From assembly GCA_951406725.2 (NCBI GenBank), contig OX597816.1:3224001-3288000 (forward strand): a stretch of 64,000 nt of DNA, read 5' to 3'. The translations under genes and the position numbers were made by a program. The notes beneath the pieces were generated by a model. The model searched no databases. It was not told the DNA's origin and saw only the letters and a program-made list of their open reading frames with translations. Shown here one piece after another: positions 29,233 to 43,147 of this stretch. Each line of letters opens with the position of its first letter. Within the stretch, counting starts at the first letter, position 1. Origin of the DNA: Octopus vulgaris. Taxonomy: Eukaryota.

Positions 29233-29378
29233 ATAATATTATTACAAATTTGGGGTTTTACCAATGGAACCGCAAATTCTATTTCAGGATAACCTCATTG
29301 TATTCCATACAATGAGGTTATCCTGAAATAGGAGTTGCGATTCTGTTGGTAAAATCCCAAACTTGTAATAATATCATA
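29233..29378. repeat. Palindrome with about 70-bp arms, interrupted on the right by a Helitron-like insertion
   Basis: CTATTTCAGGATAACCTCATTGTAT / ATACAATGAGGTTATCCTGAAATAG perfect core, extending imperfectly to ATATTATTACAA / TTGTAATAATAT. Confidence 0.85.
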
Positions 29379-29380
29379 TA

Positions 29381-29765
29381 CTAGCAGTATCGCCCGGCGT
29401 TGCTCGGGTTTGTTTCGACCCTTTAGAATTGGAATTTTTGAAAAGTAAAATTTTTGCATTATGTCGCTTGTTATTCTCTTTAAGTGGACATTTTTCTGGT
29501 TGAAATACACCGAAAAATGGAGACACAGCAGTCAAAGAATCGTAAAAAATAGGGATTTTCGTAGAAAAAAAGCACCATTTTGATGCAAATAATTTTTGGT
29601 GTTAACATGGTCCGATTTGAATTTTTTCTTCTATGGAAGGAAAAGCAAGCCTTCGTCTATCAGCCTCTCAATTTTGGTCAACTTGCGCCGCAGGGGGTTT
29701 TTAGAGTCAGGTATTTGACTGCTATTTCGGCATGGTGGTGTCTCTCAGATACCCTTATTTATAGT
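29381..29765 (-). mobile_element. Non-autonomous Helitron-like element, copy 1
   Basis: Minus-strand 3' end CCCGAGCAACGCCGGG hairpin followed by CTAG then T; homologous to 36693-37066 and 61418-61815. Confidence 0.75.
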
Positions 29766-30181
29766 TATAAAAAAATTACTACCTTTGTATGGTATTTATT
29801 CCCATGCTGGTTACTTGATAATATCGATATTTAAAATATCGATATTATCCTTATTTATAAATTTTATATATATATATATATATATCTGATGGATTCTTCC
29901 GCCGAAGACGATGTATAAGTGTTCAGTTTTTGCTGAAGAACCTGCACAAATGTTTTTTTTTTTTTACAGTGATCAAATGTCTGTGCTGTACATTAGCTAA
30001 CGGCCTCCATCAAAGCAGCATTGTCCGTTCAGATGCGTAAGTGTGTGGCACACATCCAATGTCGAAATGATCGCAGAGCAACGTGAAGCGAAGAGTTTAG
30101 CTGAAGAATACAATACGCTGCTTGGTCCAGGAATCGAACCACGATCTAGTGATTGTGAGTGCAAAACTTAAACAACTAGGC

Positions 30182-30213
<32 letters not shown>

Positions 30214-30269
30214 GAGAGAGACAGACAGATAGTCATACAGAGGTCTGTGTGTGTTTGGGTGTGTGTTTC

Positions 30270-30451
30270 TCTCCGCCGACCACTTAATAACCCGTGCTGG
30301 CGTGTTTACGACCCAGTTACCTAGCGGTTCGACAAAACAGACCGATAAAATGAATACCAGGCTTTAACAATAAGTAGTGGAGTCGACTTGTTCGACTACA
30401 ATTCTTTAAAGTGGTGCTCCAGCATGGCTGCAGCCAAAGGAAATAGTAAAA

Positions 30452-30521
<70 letters not shown>

Positions 30522-30760
30522 TCTTTATAGGTATGTGTGTGTGTGTGTGTGAGTGTTTGCCTCGCCATCACCGCTTGAGAACCGGTGTTGGTGTGTTTAC
30601 ATTCCCCGAAATTTAGCGGTTCAGCAAAAGCGACTGATAGAAGAAGTACTAGGCTTACAAACAATAAGTCATGGGGTCGATTTGTTCGACTAAAATCCCC
30701 TGAAGGCGGTGCTCCAGCATGGCCGCAGTCAAATGGCTGACACAAGTAAAAGCGTAAAAG
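30270..30760 (+). mobile_element. Two partial SINE family B 3' halves
   Basis: GTGTTTAC...TAGCGGTTC...GGTGCTCCAGCATGG occurs twice. Confidence 0.75.
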
Positions 30761-31168
30761 AAGACGCATACAGGTAGCCGCGTCCAATTGTGCGGTTAAT
30801 TAGATGAGGGAGGTGACAAGACGATATTTATGGAGTTCCGTAAACAATGGCGAAGATGGTCAGCCACAACTTGTGAAACGTTTATTACGAGGTGTCATCT
30901 CAGTAAAGTGTCGTCTGTTTGGGACGATGTGGACGCTGGAGAGACCTTTGCTGGAAGCCAGGGCATCAATGGACGGTAAATGAGACCCGCATCGCAGTAA
31001 TTAAAATGGTGGCGTTGGTGGGATGGACGCGGATCTTCATTTTGATTTGTAACGATTTGGTTCTATTTGTGCCCGGAAAAACATTGATTAATGTGAAAGC
31101 AAATTAAAATCTAAAAGTCAGCAACAAAACATTGCCAAATGAAGATATACATACATACATAGAAACAC

Positions 31169-31358
<190 letters not shown>

Positions 31359-31389
31359 TTATTTAAAGCAGCAGAAAATTCAACAAAAC

Positions 31390-31427
31390 CTATTACTCTG
31401 AGTTTCCCGTTGCTGTTCATCGGACAG
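31390..31427 (-). ncRNA. Variant or degenerate minimal hammerhead motif (CCGAUGA core)
   Basis: Minus strand: CTGT CCGATGA ACAGCAACGG GAAA CTCAGAG TA ATAG; stem III ACTC/GAGT, GUA site, weak stem II. Confidence 0.4.
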
Positions 31428-31644
31428 TTTTTGCATATTACTCTACCACTGGTATATGAGTACTCTTTTTTCCACCTTGTTTCATATTTATGTGTTTACT
31501 CCGGTATATATATATATATGTATGTGTGTGTCTGCCTGTCTCTCCGCCTGTCTGTCTGTCTCTCACATATACATGTGTGTGTGTGTGTGATCATACAATA
31601 ACCACGGTCATTAAGATCTGAAGCAAATTACACATACACACACA

Positions 31645-31689
<45 letters not shown>

Positions 31690-32038
31690 AATGTAAATAT
31701 ATGTTTGTATATGTATGCATATATGTCAGTCTTCTGTAACATAACAGAATACGGTGTTCCCTGAGGATCCGTTGTAGCGACGCATTCAATTAGAAATAGC
31801 AGTCAGATGTACCTTAAATCACAGTCTTCTGTTTCACAATAAACGAAGGCACTTTAGAGGATGTATTCGCAGCTAGTTTTAAAATCAAATAAAATAAAAC
31901 GAGAGGCTCACCGCTGGAATGTCTTTTGTCATTGGCTTACTCCTTTAGGTATTACCTGGATCCAGGTAACAACAGCAAACACAAGAAGAACAACAACAAC
32001 CACAACAACAACAGAATAATAATACAAGAAACAAGAAA

Positions 32039-32270
32039 GGCGGCGAGCTGGCAGAAACGTTAGCACGTCGGGTGAGATGCGTAGCCGTATTTCATCTGCC
32101 GTTACGTTCTGAGTTCAAATTCCGCCGAGGTCGACTTTGTCTTTCATCCTTTCGGGGTCAATAAATTAAGTACCAGTTACGCACTGGGATCGATGTAATT
32201 GAATTAATACCTTTGTCTGTCCTTGTTTGTCCCCTCTGTGTTTAGCCCCTTGTGGGTAATAAAGAAATAA
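32039..32270 (+). mobile_element. Full-length SINE family A
   Basis: GGCGGCGAGCTGGCAGAAACGTTAGCACG...TTTAGCCCCTTGTGGGTAATAAAGAAATA. Confidence 0.9.
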
Positions 32271-32779
32271 ATACAAGAAACAAGGATCAATTTCTTTTGA
32301 TTAGACATAATGATATTTAAGAAAAGACGTGTAAATGTTGGCTGCGTGGTACGAAGTCTATTTCCCACCCATATGGTCCCGGGTTCAGGCCCACTGCGTG
32401 ACACTTTGGGCTAATGTCTTCTATATATGGAGAAAATATCCACCTAATCTATGGAGAAAGTGCTGATATAAGGAAGATTATTTGCTGTGGTTTAACAGTG
32501 ACACTGTGACTTAGATTAAGTCAACCATGTTGTTGGTTATTTAGGGTCTTAGTAAACGGGGAAAGGTTTGAAATGACTGGACGCAGCAAAATATTGGATG
32601 AATTTATGTTCACAAACAACACTTGTCATTTGTGTTATAGTTTTGGTTAAAGATATAAGGATGGGTGGATCACATCGACCCTTGTTCACCACTGGTACTG
32701 TATTTTATCGACCGCAGAGGGATGAAAGCACTCTGTTGCTTCTAATAAATTTTGATAATAATAATAATAATAACCCTAT

Positions 32780-32986
32780 CAGGCACAAGGTCTGGAATTT
32801 TGTGGGGGGAGGGGTTAAGTCGATTACATGGACCTCCAGTGGACTGGTACTTAATTAATATCGACCCCGAAAGAATGAAAGGCAAAGTCGACCTCGGCGA
32901 AATTTGAACTCAGAACGTAAGGACCGTCGAAAAACCGCTAAGCATTTTGCTTAGCGCGCTAACAATTCTGCCAGCTCACTGCTTTC

Positions 32987-33043
<57 letters not shown>

Positions 33044-33252
33044 TTAATAATAATAAGGATGATGATGATAATCCTTTTTAGTAAAGGTACAAGGCCTGAA
33101 ATTTGGTGAATGGAGACTAATCAATTACATCGACTCCGAAATGACAAAAGGCAAAAGTCAACCTTGGCGGAATTTGAACTCAGAACGTAAAGACGGACGA
33201 AATGCCGCTAAGCATGATTCCTGGCGTGCTAACGATTCTGCCAGCTCGCCGC
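32780..33252 (-). mobile_element. Two SINE family A copies separated by (TAA)n
   Basis: Reverse-complement heads end at about 32985 and 33251. Confidence 0.8.
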
Positions 33253-33615
33253 AAGGGCATTCAGAGAGTGAAAACCTCCGCCAAGGCAACACCAACATCA
33301 ACGAGTAGCCAGAGATGATTTTTAAAATGAGAATATCTGAAATAAACTCGACTGCTCTCACAAACGAGGATACTAAAAATGAACCTGGTCGCTCTCAAAA
33401 ATTAAGTATAAAAAACCCGGAAAAATAATCCAGAATCCTTGTTCGGTACTGGATCGATCCCAAACTCTAATCAGTTCGTGTCAGTCCCGAGGCCAAACAT
33501 CCCTGAAAGTTTCATCCGAATCCATCCTGCGCGATTCTTGAGATATCTTGTCCGTGGACAAACAAACAAACGCAACTGTAAACAATACCTCTGCCTTCGC
33601 TAAGGCGGGGGGTAA
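33252..33615 (+). mobile_element. Helentron-associated HINE/DINE-1-like element
   Basis: 5' CAAGGGCATTCAGAGAGTGAAAACCTCCGCCAAGG; 3' GACAAACAAACAAAC microsatellite then stem-loop TACCTCTGCCTT-CGCT-AAGGCGGGGGGTA sharing the ACCTCCGCC subterminal repeat. Confidence 0.65.
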
Positions 33616-33691
33616 GAATCCTTTCTACTTTAGGTATAAAGCCCGAAATTTTGGAGAAGGGGCAAATCGATTACATCGATCCCCAGTGCTC

Positions 33692-33722
<31 letters not shown>

Positions 33723-34104
33723 CGTGTGTGCGCGTGTGCGTGTGTGTGTGTGTGTGTGTATACTCATGTTCTGAGTTTTGTTTTTCCAGTTTGGATCACG
33801 AAACCCATAAATATGTGTGTATGTGTTCCCCACCACTACCGCTTGAAAACCGGTGTTGGTGCGTTTACGTCTCCTTAAACTTAACGGTTCAGTAAAGAAA
33901 ACCGATGGAATAGGTACCAGGTTTGGAAAAAGGAAAGAGAGAAAAAAAAATAGTTTTGAGGTTGATTCGTTTGAGTAAAAAATTATTCGAGGCGGTGCTC
34001 CAGCATGGCCGCAGTTTAATGACTGAAACGAGTATAAAAGATCATCATCATCATCATCATCAACAACAATGAACAAACAATATTTACAACAACAATAACA
34101 GTCT

Positions 34105-35000
34105 GATGATAAAGAGGTGGAGGAGGAGGGAGATTAGGATGGTGATCATGATGATAATGATGACGATGATGATGACGATGATGATGATAGAGATGTGGAG
34201 GAGAAGGGAGATGTGGATGGTGATGATGATGATAATGATGACGATGATGATGACGATGATGATGATAGAGATGTGGAGGAGAAGGGAGATGTGGATGGTG
34301 ATGATGATGATAATGATGACGATGATGATGACGATGATGATGATAGAGATGTGGAGGAGAAGGGAGATTAGGATGGTGATGATGATGATAATGATGACGA
34401 TGATGATGACGATGATGATGATAGAGATGTGGAGGAGAAGGGAGATTAGGATGGTGATGATGATGATAATGATGACGATGATGATGACGATGATGATGAT
34501 AGAGATGTGGAGGAGAAGGGAGATTAGGATGGTGATCATGATGATAATGATGACGATGATGATGACGATGATGATGATAGAGATGTGGAGGAGAAGGGAG
34601 ATGTGGATGGTGATGATGATGATAATGATGACGATGATGATGACGATGATGATGATAGAGATGTGGAGGAGAAGGGAGATGTGGATGGTGATGATGATGA
34701 TAATGATGACGATGATGATGACGATGATGATGATAGAGATGTGGAGGAGAAGGGAGATTAGGATGGTGATGATGATGATAATGATGACGATGATGATGAC
34801 GATGATGATGATAGAGATGTGGAGGAGAAGGGAGATTAGGATGGTGATGATGATGATAATGATGACGATGATGATGACGATGATGATGATAGGGATGTGG
34901 AGGAGGAGGGATATGTGGATGGTGATGATGATGATAATGATGACGATGATTATGATGATGATGACGATGATAAGGAGATGGAAGAGGAGGATGGAGATGA
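34105..35000. repeat. 78-bp minisatellite, about 11 units, with a 5-unit higher-order period
   Basis: Unit GAGATGTGGAGGAGAAGGGAGAT(TAG/GTG)GATGGTGAT...GATGATA; unit starts 78 bp apart. Confidence 0.9.
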
Positions 35001-36084
35001 GGCTGATGATTATCATCATCATCATCATCACACCAACATCAACAACAGCATAATAATACCAGAGCGCTTAATATACATGGTGCTTTTTCTTTTTTTTTGT
35101 TTTGCTTTGTTTTGTATTAATTTTCCGCATTTCCAAAACAGCGGGAAACAGAGAAAATATAATTAAAAGAAATAATTAAAAGAAAAACGCTAACAAAACA
35201 ACAACAACAACAACACAAACAGTGAAATAAACAAATAAATAAAAGTAAAAAAAAAAGGGGGTTAAAAGACAATGTTAGTAATAAGGGGGCGAAGTAGGTG
35301 GGGAGAAGAGGGACGAGTGCCCCACGGCAATGGAATCTCTGGTAGACTAATTAGTGGGGCGGGGTTTATTGTTTAGTTTCAGTCGGGTGATAGACTTTTA
35401 TGGGGTTTAGCGGGAGAAGATGGGAACAAGTGTTCGAGTCGGGGTCGGTCTTTGTTTCTCGTTTGAATTTTTTTGGGGTTTTGTGTCATTTTCTGTGTGT
35501 GCGAGCGAGTGTGTGTGTGTTTGTGTGTTTGTGTGTTTGTGTGTTTGTTTGTGTGTGTTTGTGTAGTGTTTGTGTGTGCGTTTGTTTGTGTGTATGTGTT
35601 TGTTTGTGTGTGTGTGTGTGTGTGTGTTTGTGTCTGTTTGTGTAGTGTTTATGTGTGTTTGTGTGTTTGTTTGTGTGTGTGCGTTTGTGTGTGTGTATGT
35701 GTTTGTTTGTTTGTGTAGTGTTTGTGTGTGTGTGTTTGTGTGCTTGTTTGTGTAGTGTGTGTGTATGTGTGTATGTATGTGTGTGTGTGTGTGTGTGTGT
35801 TTGTGTGTCTGTTTGTGTAGTGTTTATGTGTGTGTATGTGTTTGTTTGTGTTTGTGTGTTTGTTTGTGTAGTGTTTATGTGTGTTTGTGTGTGTGTACAT
35901 ATATGTGCGCGTGTGTATGCAGAGAGAAAAAGAGTGAGGGAGAAAATATAGAAAATGGTCCAACTCCGCCGCGTGGCATCTTCGTTAAATGTCTTCTGCT
36001 GAAGACTTGCGCTGACCAAGATTTTCCGATTGGAATTGATACAGGGAGACTGAGTAGAAGCCCTTTATATGTATTTTTTTAATT

Positions 36085-36450
36085 CTTTTATTTGTTTCAG
36101 TCATTTGACTGCGGCCATGCTGGAGCAACACGTTTAGTCGAGTAAATCGACACCAGGACTTATTCTTTGTAAGCCTAGTACTTATTGTATCGGTCTCTTT
36201 TGCCGAACCACTAAGTTACGGAAGCGTAAACACACAAGCATCGGTTGTCAAGCAATGCTGGGGGGACAAACACAGACACACAAACATATACACACACATA
36301 TATATACATATATACGACGGGCTTCTTTCAGTTTCCGTCTACCAAATCCACTCACAGGGCATTGGTCGGCCCGAGGCTATAGTAGAAGACACTTGCCCAA
36401 GGTGCCATGCAGTAGGACTGAACCCAGAGCCATGTAGTTGGCAAGCAAGC
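36085..36450 (-). mobile_element. SINE family B
   Basis: TTTCAGTCATTTGACTGCGGCCATGCTGGAGCA...GACACTTGCCCAAGGTGCCA. Confidence 0.85.
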
Positions 36451-36692
36451 TTTGAATTTCTACGTATTTAACAAGAGGAATTGTAAATCAGAAAACAACA
36501 AACAAAACAAAAGCAAAAATAAACGAAAAGCAAATTTTCATGTCTTTAACTTGTTTCAGTTATTGGGCTGCGGCCATGCTGGTGCTTCACCTTTAAAATG
36601 AGATGTTTGGGTTTAACCAGGCTCCCTTAGCGGTCACCCATCTAAGTACTAACTTGGCTTGACGTTGCTTAATTCGGTGACAATATGTAGAA

Positions 36693-37066
36693 CTAACAGT
36701 ATCGTCCGGTGTTGCTCGGGTTTGTTTCGACCCTGTAGAATTGGAATTTTTGAAAAGTAAAAATGTTGCATTATGTAGCTTTTTCTGGTTGAAATACACC
36801 GAAAAATGGCGACACAGCAGTCAAAAAATCGTAAAATATAGGGATTTTCATAGAAAAAAAAAGCACTTTTTGATGTAAATAATTTTTGGTGTTAACATGG
36901 TCCGATTTGACTTTTTTCATCTACGAAATGAAGAGCAAGCCTTCTTCTATCATACTCTCAATTTTGGTCAATTTGTGCTGCAAGGTCTCGGAGGAGATAA
37001 TGTTAGTTGAAGGCTACCAAACCTGCCACACACACAGAGACAACCTCTGCTTTATATAGAGAGAGA
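36693..37066 (-). mobile_element. Non-autonomous Helitron-like element, copy 2
   Basis: Minus-strand 5' end A|TCTCTCTCTATATAAAGC (TC start), 3' hairpin plus degenerate CTAG. Confidence 0.75.
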
Positions 37067-37924
37067 TTACCTCCTCGAGTCATGCCGCTCTATAATATTC
37101 CCTCAACTGGACGGGACGCCGGTGCTTGGCAAGATGAAATCGTTTTCGCCAGCTGAGTGGACTGCAGCAACGAGGAATGACGGGTGTTGCTCAAGAACAC
37201 AATGTATCTCCCGGTCCAGGAATTGAAACCGCAATCTTCCGATCAACAGCCTCACCACTAAGCCACGCACCTCCACTATTTCGGTGAGTGGATCAAAAGC
37301 CATGCTTCCAACGTGACGGGATCGGGGTTTTTTCTCCCACCTTCGTTCCCTGCAATTGCTGGGAACTTTTTAATTCTGACATTTGTTGTAAATGCACGCG
37401 CTCACACATTAATACACACAATGGCACTCACACGCACGCATACACATACATACATACATACACATACATACACGGATACATACACACACATACATGCATA
37501 CATATATCCATACATGCATACATACACACACATACATACATGCATACATACATACATACACACATACATATATACACACACTCACATACATGCATACATA
37601 TATGCATACATACACACATACATATACACACACACTCACATACATATATACACACACGCATAGATACACACGTACGTACGTATACATACGTACATCTATA
37701 CATACACACACGCATACGTACACACATATGTACATACACACATACACACATATTTACATACACACACATACATACATAACACATACACACATGCACATAT
37801 ACACACATACATACCTACCTTACTACACACACATACATACCTACCTTACTACACACACATACATACCTACCTTACTACACACACATACATACACACACAT
37901 ACACGCATGCATGCACACCTGAGC

Positions 37925-38225
37925 TGTCACTCCGTCGGTTGCGACGATGAGTGAATCTGTTAATCCAATCAACGGAACAGCCTGCTCATGAAATTACTGT
38001 GCAAGTGGCTGAGCACTCCACAGACACGCTTACTCTTGACGTAGTTCACAGGAAGATTCAGCGTGAGATACTGAGACAAGGTAGGCCCAATAGATTACAG
38101 GTACAACCTGTTTTTGATAGCCGAGGAGACTGGAGCAATAAAGTGCTTTGCAAGGCCACAATGCGCCCGAGAATCGAACTTGTGACCTTACAATTGTGAG
38201 CCGGGCACCCTAACCACTAAGCCAC
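37925..38225 (-). mobile_element. tRNA-derived SINE with family C tail
   Basis: ATCAACGGAACAGCCTGCTC.TGAAATTA...GTGGCTGAGCACTCCACAGACACG is the reverse complement of the 27530-27590 tail. Confidence 0.75.
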
Positions 38226-38254
38226 CATTCTTCGCTCCCCCCCCCGCATATTCT

Positions 38255-38680
38255 CATATTGTTGATGTCATAAGAAACATTGAGAGAATGTGGAAAAATT
38301 TCTTGGGGGATGGTGACACTTGAAGCAGATAAAGCTATAAATAACAGTGTGTAAATATTGGGTTTAAAAGCTCTTTAGATGAAAGAAAACCCCCAAAGGC
38401 TGCACGTTCGACTCGAACCCACATCTTCTGTAAACGTGATAGACGCATTTACCTATCCCTCATCGCGTCTTTATTCTTCCCTACGATAATTGTACATTGT
38501 TGACGTCATAGGAACCTTCCAGAGAATTGGAATAATTCTGTTTTGGAACGTCAATAAAAGCGGATTGAGATAATCGAAGAATTGCTTTGGTGCAATGGTA
38601 GAACATCTGTCATGATTACAGCCGATGTCGGTTCGAGTCCCAAGGGCAGCCTTCGATGTTTTCTATCCAAATGTTTTGAT
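38255..38680. repeat. Two divergent tRNA-like units interleaved with a roughly 40-bp direct repeat
   Basis: Plus unit 38583-38652 (TGGTGCAATGG...GGTTCGAGTCC...GCAGCCTT); minus unit 38395-38467 (GGTTCGAGTCG...GCAGCCTT); ATTGTTGA.GTCATA.GAA.C.T..AGAGAAT at 38258 and 38496. Confidence 0.6.
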
Positions 38681-38784
38681 GATGCCTGGCAAGTGTTTTG
38701 ATCTAAAACCGTGGGAAACATTGCCGTTCTCTAGAAATAATATATTTCTAAATCTCTCAGAGAAATTTATGCAGCAGCAACGCG

Positions 38785-39147
38785 ATAAAGCGATAGTATG
38801 TTGTCAACTTATTGTGACAGTCCCATGAAATGGAAGAATGCTACTGTTATTTAGCCCTAGGAAACACCGTTTATTTTTGGACTTGACACTTTTCCTGTGT
38901 CCTTATGTTTTCAAAGGCATCGACAGCTATCAAGCCATGCTACTCTAGACTGATGATGAGCAATGACTCTGAAACTAGTCTCTGGATGCTGGCTTTGCTG
39001 GGTGGAGGTGCTTGTCTCCACTTTGAAAACATAAGGACTCAGGAAATGTATCAAGTCCAACAGGAAACGGTGTTTCCTAAGGCTGAATAACAGTAGCATT
39101 CTTCCCTTTTATGGGACTTTCACATTGACAACACACTATCACTTTAT
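38785..39147. mobile_element. Fold-back element (about 130-bp arms) with a hammerhead motif in the spacer
   Basis: 38785-38916 is inverted at 39021-39147; another partial arm copy at 56092-56195. Confidence 0.85.
38944..38986 (+). ncRNA. Minimal type-I hammerhead ribozyme motif
   Basis: TCTAGA CTGATGA T GAG CAATGA CTC T GAAA CTAG TC TCTGGA; palindromic stem III ACTAGT, GUC site, 6-bp stem I with one G-U pair. Confidence 0.7.
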
Positions 39148-39265
39148 TGCCGTTCTATGTTTGGACGAAACTCGTCTCATATTGATCGCCGCTCTTCTCC
39201 CTCCATCGCAGAAAATGCAAACAGAAAACAAACTTAACTTTGCGATGTGTGTGTATGGGAGAGAG

Positions 39266-39302
<37 letters not shown>

Positions 39303-39708
39303 AAGTGTGTGTGTATTTTATAGGTTACGTGTTAGAAGCATTAATGGAGGCCATGCCGGAGCGTTTCATTTTTGCTTTACTTTTATATTTTATTTTCCCT
39401 TTAACTTTTACTGGTTTTCAGCTCGAGAGTCGCGGCCATGCTGAGGCACTGCCGTTAGCTTTGCCGCACTTTCACTACATGAAACCTCTTCTGATATGTG
39501 GTATTAGGTGAATGAGGGCGTTTAATTTTGCTGCCCTCACCTGCGTTTCAGGCCGCGAGGGAGGTTCCAGTATTTTTCAGATGTTTATCACTTCATATCT
39601 CTCTTGCCTTCGTTCGAGTGAGTGGCTGACATGTTGCATTCAGACGACCTTGGTGTAGCTTCGCTACATTGCTTCGAGTTCAGCCGCTAAGGTTAAACTG
39701 TGATGTCC

Positions 39709-39760
<52 letters not shown>

Positions 39761-40591
39761 ACCTCTCTCTTTCTATATATATATTTAGAGAGAGAGAGAG
39801 AAAGAGGGAGAGAGACAGAGAGAGAGATAAAGAGAGAGAGAGAGACAGAGAGAGAGAGACAGAGAGAGACAGAGACAGAGAGAGATTCATATTACTGGAC
39901 TGTGCTGTTAATAAGATAACAGTTGCTAATAGCTTTTGTTTAAATTGTAATAGGAAATCGTTGAAGCAGTTTCGAATCTTGGATTTGTCGAGAAAAGGGA
40001 AAGAAAAATTAAAACAAAATGAAGGCAATAACCAAGCACGTGAAAGGTGACGACACCGGAAGTTAGAGACAGGAAGTAAAATTGTAAAGCACTTATTTTA
40101 GCGCCATTTCTCTCAGTGTCTCCCTCTATCTTTCTCTTCTCTTCTCTCTCTCTCTGGCTGTCATGCATACTCACACGGAAGCGCACGCGTGCAGCACACA
40201 CGCACCCCCCCACAAAGTCTGATATAATTATTCTGCACATACACCAGAAAGTTTCTTTTAATGGGTAAATATCAATGTGTGCGTGTGTATGGATGAATGT
40301 AAGCATATATGTATGTTAATGTCTATATGTGAACATGTGTATTACTTATGCACACACACACATCATGTGATCAACCACTCTATCGCTTGCCACAGTGTGT
40401 TTCCTATGGTTTTAGCATTCGAATAACTCCAGTCCCCAGTTGGGCAGGCCAACCCTCCTCAGTGATCGGGCCGTCGCACGGTGACCCATTTCTAGTGTTT
40501 GCTGAAGAACTCAGCACGCTAACCTGTCTGGGAATCGAACCCAAGATCTGGTGTTCGTGAGTGCAATATGCCTATCCACTAAACCACGCAC

Positions 40592-40625
<34 letters not shown>

Positions 40626-40669
40626 ATAGTTCCAAAGCTGCCCTGTTTGGATCTATGTATAAATATATA

Positions 40670-40890
40670 GTGGAGGCACAATTCCCCAGTGGTTAGGGCA
40701 GCGGACTCGCGGTCGTAGGATCGCAGTTTCGATTCCCAGACCGGGCGTTGTGAGTGTTTATTGAGCGAAAACATCTTAAGCTTCACGAGGCTCCGGCAGG
40801 GGCTGGTGGCAAACCCTGCTGTACTCTTCACCACAACTTTCTTTCACTCTTTCTTTCTGTTCCTGCATTTCAAAGGGCCAGCCTTGTCAC
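40670..40890 (+). mobile_element. SINE family C, 3'-truncated
   Basis: Near-identical to 27250-27480. Confidence 0.85.
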
Positions 40891-41263
40891 ATAAATCTGC
40901 ATATAAAATAATATGTATGTATGAATGTATGTATGTATGTATGTATGTATGTATGTATGTATGTATGTATGTACACACACATGTCAGTTTGTGTGTGTGT
41001 GTGTCTTTGTGTTTGTGTTATTTTTTCCCCCATCACCACTTGGCAACCAGTGTTTGTGTGATTACGTCCCCGTAACTTAGTGACTCTGCAAGAGAGACCA
41101 ATAGAACAAATACCAGGCTTTAGAAAATAAAAGTACTGGGGTCGATTCGTTCGACTAAATATTTTTCAAGGCGGTGCCCCAGCATGGCCGCAGTCTAATG
41201 ACTGAAACAAGTAAAAGAATAAAAGATTGATAAAATATAAGCAGGATAGGCCTACATGTGTCC

Positions 41264-41326
<63 letters not shown>

Positions 41327-41536
41327 GCTATCTATCTATCTATCTATCTATCCATCTATCTATATCTATCTATCTATCTCGAAAAGAAAAGCCCTATATT
41401 TGTATTTGTCCCCTCTGTGTTCAGCCCTGTTATCTAGCTATCTGTATGTCAGTCTGTCTGGCTGTCTGTCTGTCTCTGTCTCTCTCTCTCTCTCTGTCTT
41501 TCTATTTGTCTGTCTGTCTGTTTGTCTATCTGTCTG

Positions 41537-41609
<73 letters not shown>

Positions 41610-42046
41610 TTATCTACGTAAGTACGTACCTACCGACCTTTCTGTCTATCTATCTGTCTGTCTGTCTGTCTCTCTATTTGTCTCTCTGTCTGTATAGAAT
41701 GTTCGACCGTAGTGTAGAAAAGACTCACAATAAAGGCAAGCTGTTTTCCAAACAACTTCCTTCACTCTTTCTCTTCATAAACCCTTCCTTTCACTTCTAT
41801 TTTTTAATATCGCTGTCATTATTGGTGCCACACAGATACGCGTGTCTACCTACGTCGTTCTGCTACACACAGAAACACACACACACACATTTATATATAC
41901 ATATACACATATATAAATATATATATATAGTTCTTTACACTTATATAATATTCTCAATTTTTCTATAGTTACATTAATCAATCATTCATTGAATACACGC
42001 ACATGCACTTATACTTATATATATATATATATTATTTATTATTTTG

Positions 42047-42938
<892 letters not shown>

Positions 42939-42939
42939 A

Positions 42940-43110
42940 GGCGCAGGAGTGGCTGTGTGGTAAGTAGCTTGCTAACCAACCACATGGTTGCGGGTTCAGT
43001 CCCACTGCGTGGCATCTTGGGCAAGTGTCTTCTGCTATAGCCCCGGGCCGACCAATGCCTTGTGAGTGGATTTGGTAGACGGAAACTGAAAGAAGCCTGT
43101 CGTATATATG

Positions 43111-43147
<37 letters not shown>

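Noticed and set aside
34105-35000. CRISPR-like array or 315-aa protein
   Set aside because: Eukaryotic context, no unique spacers; it is a tandem minisatellite.
38583-38652. Functional tRNA gene
   Set aside because: D and T stems pair poorly and the anticodon loop is non-canonical; treated as a tRNA-derived repeat, as are all SINE heads.
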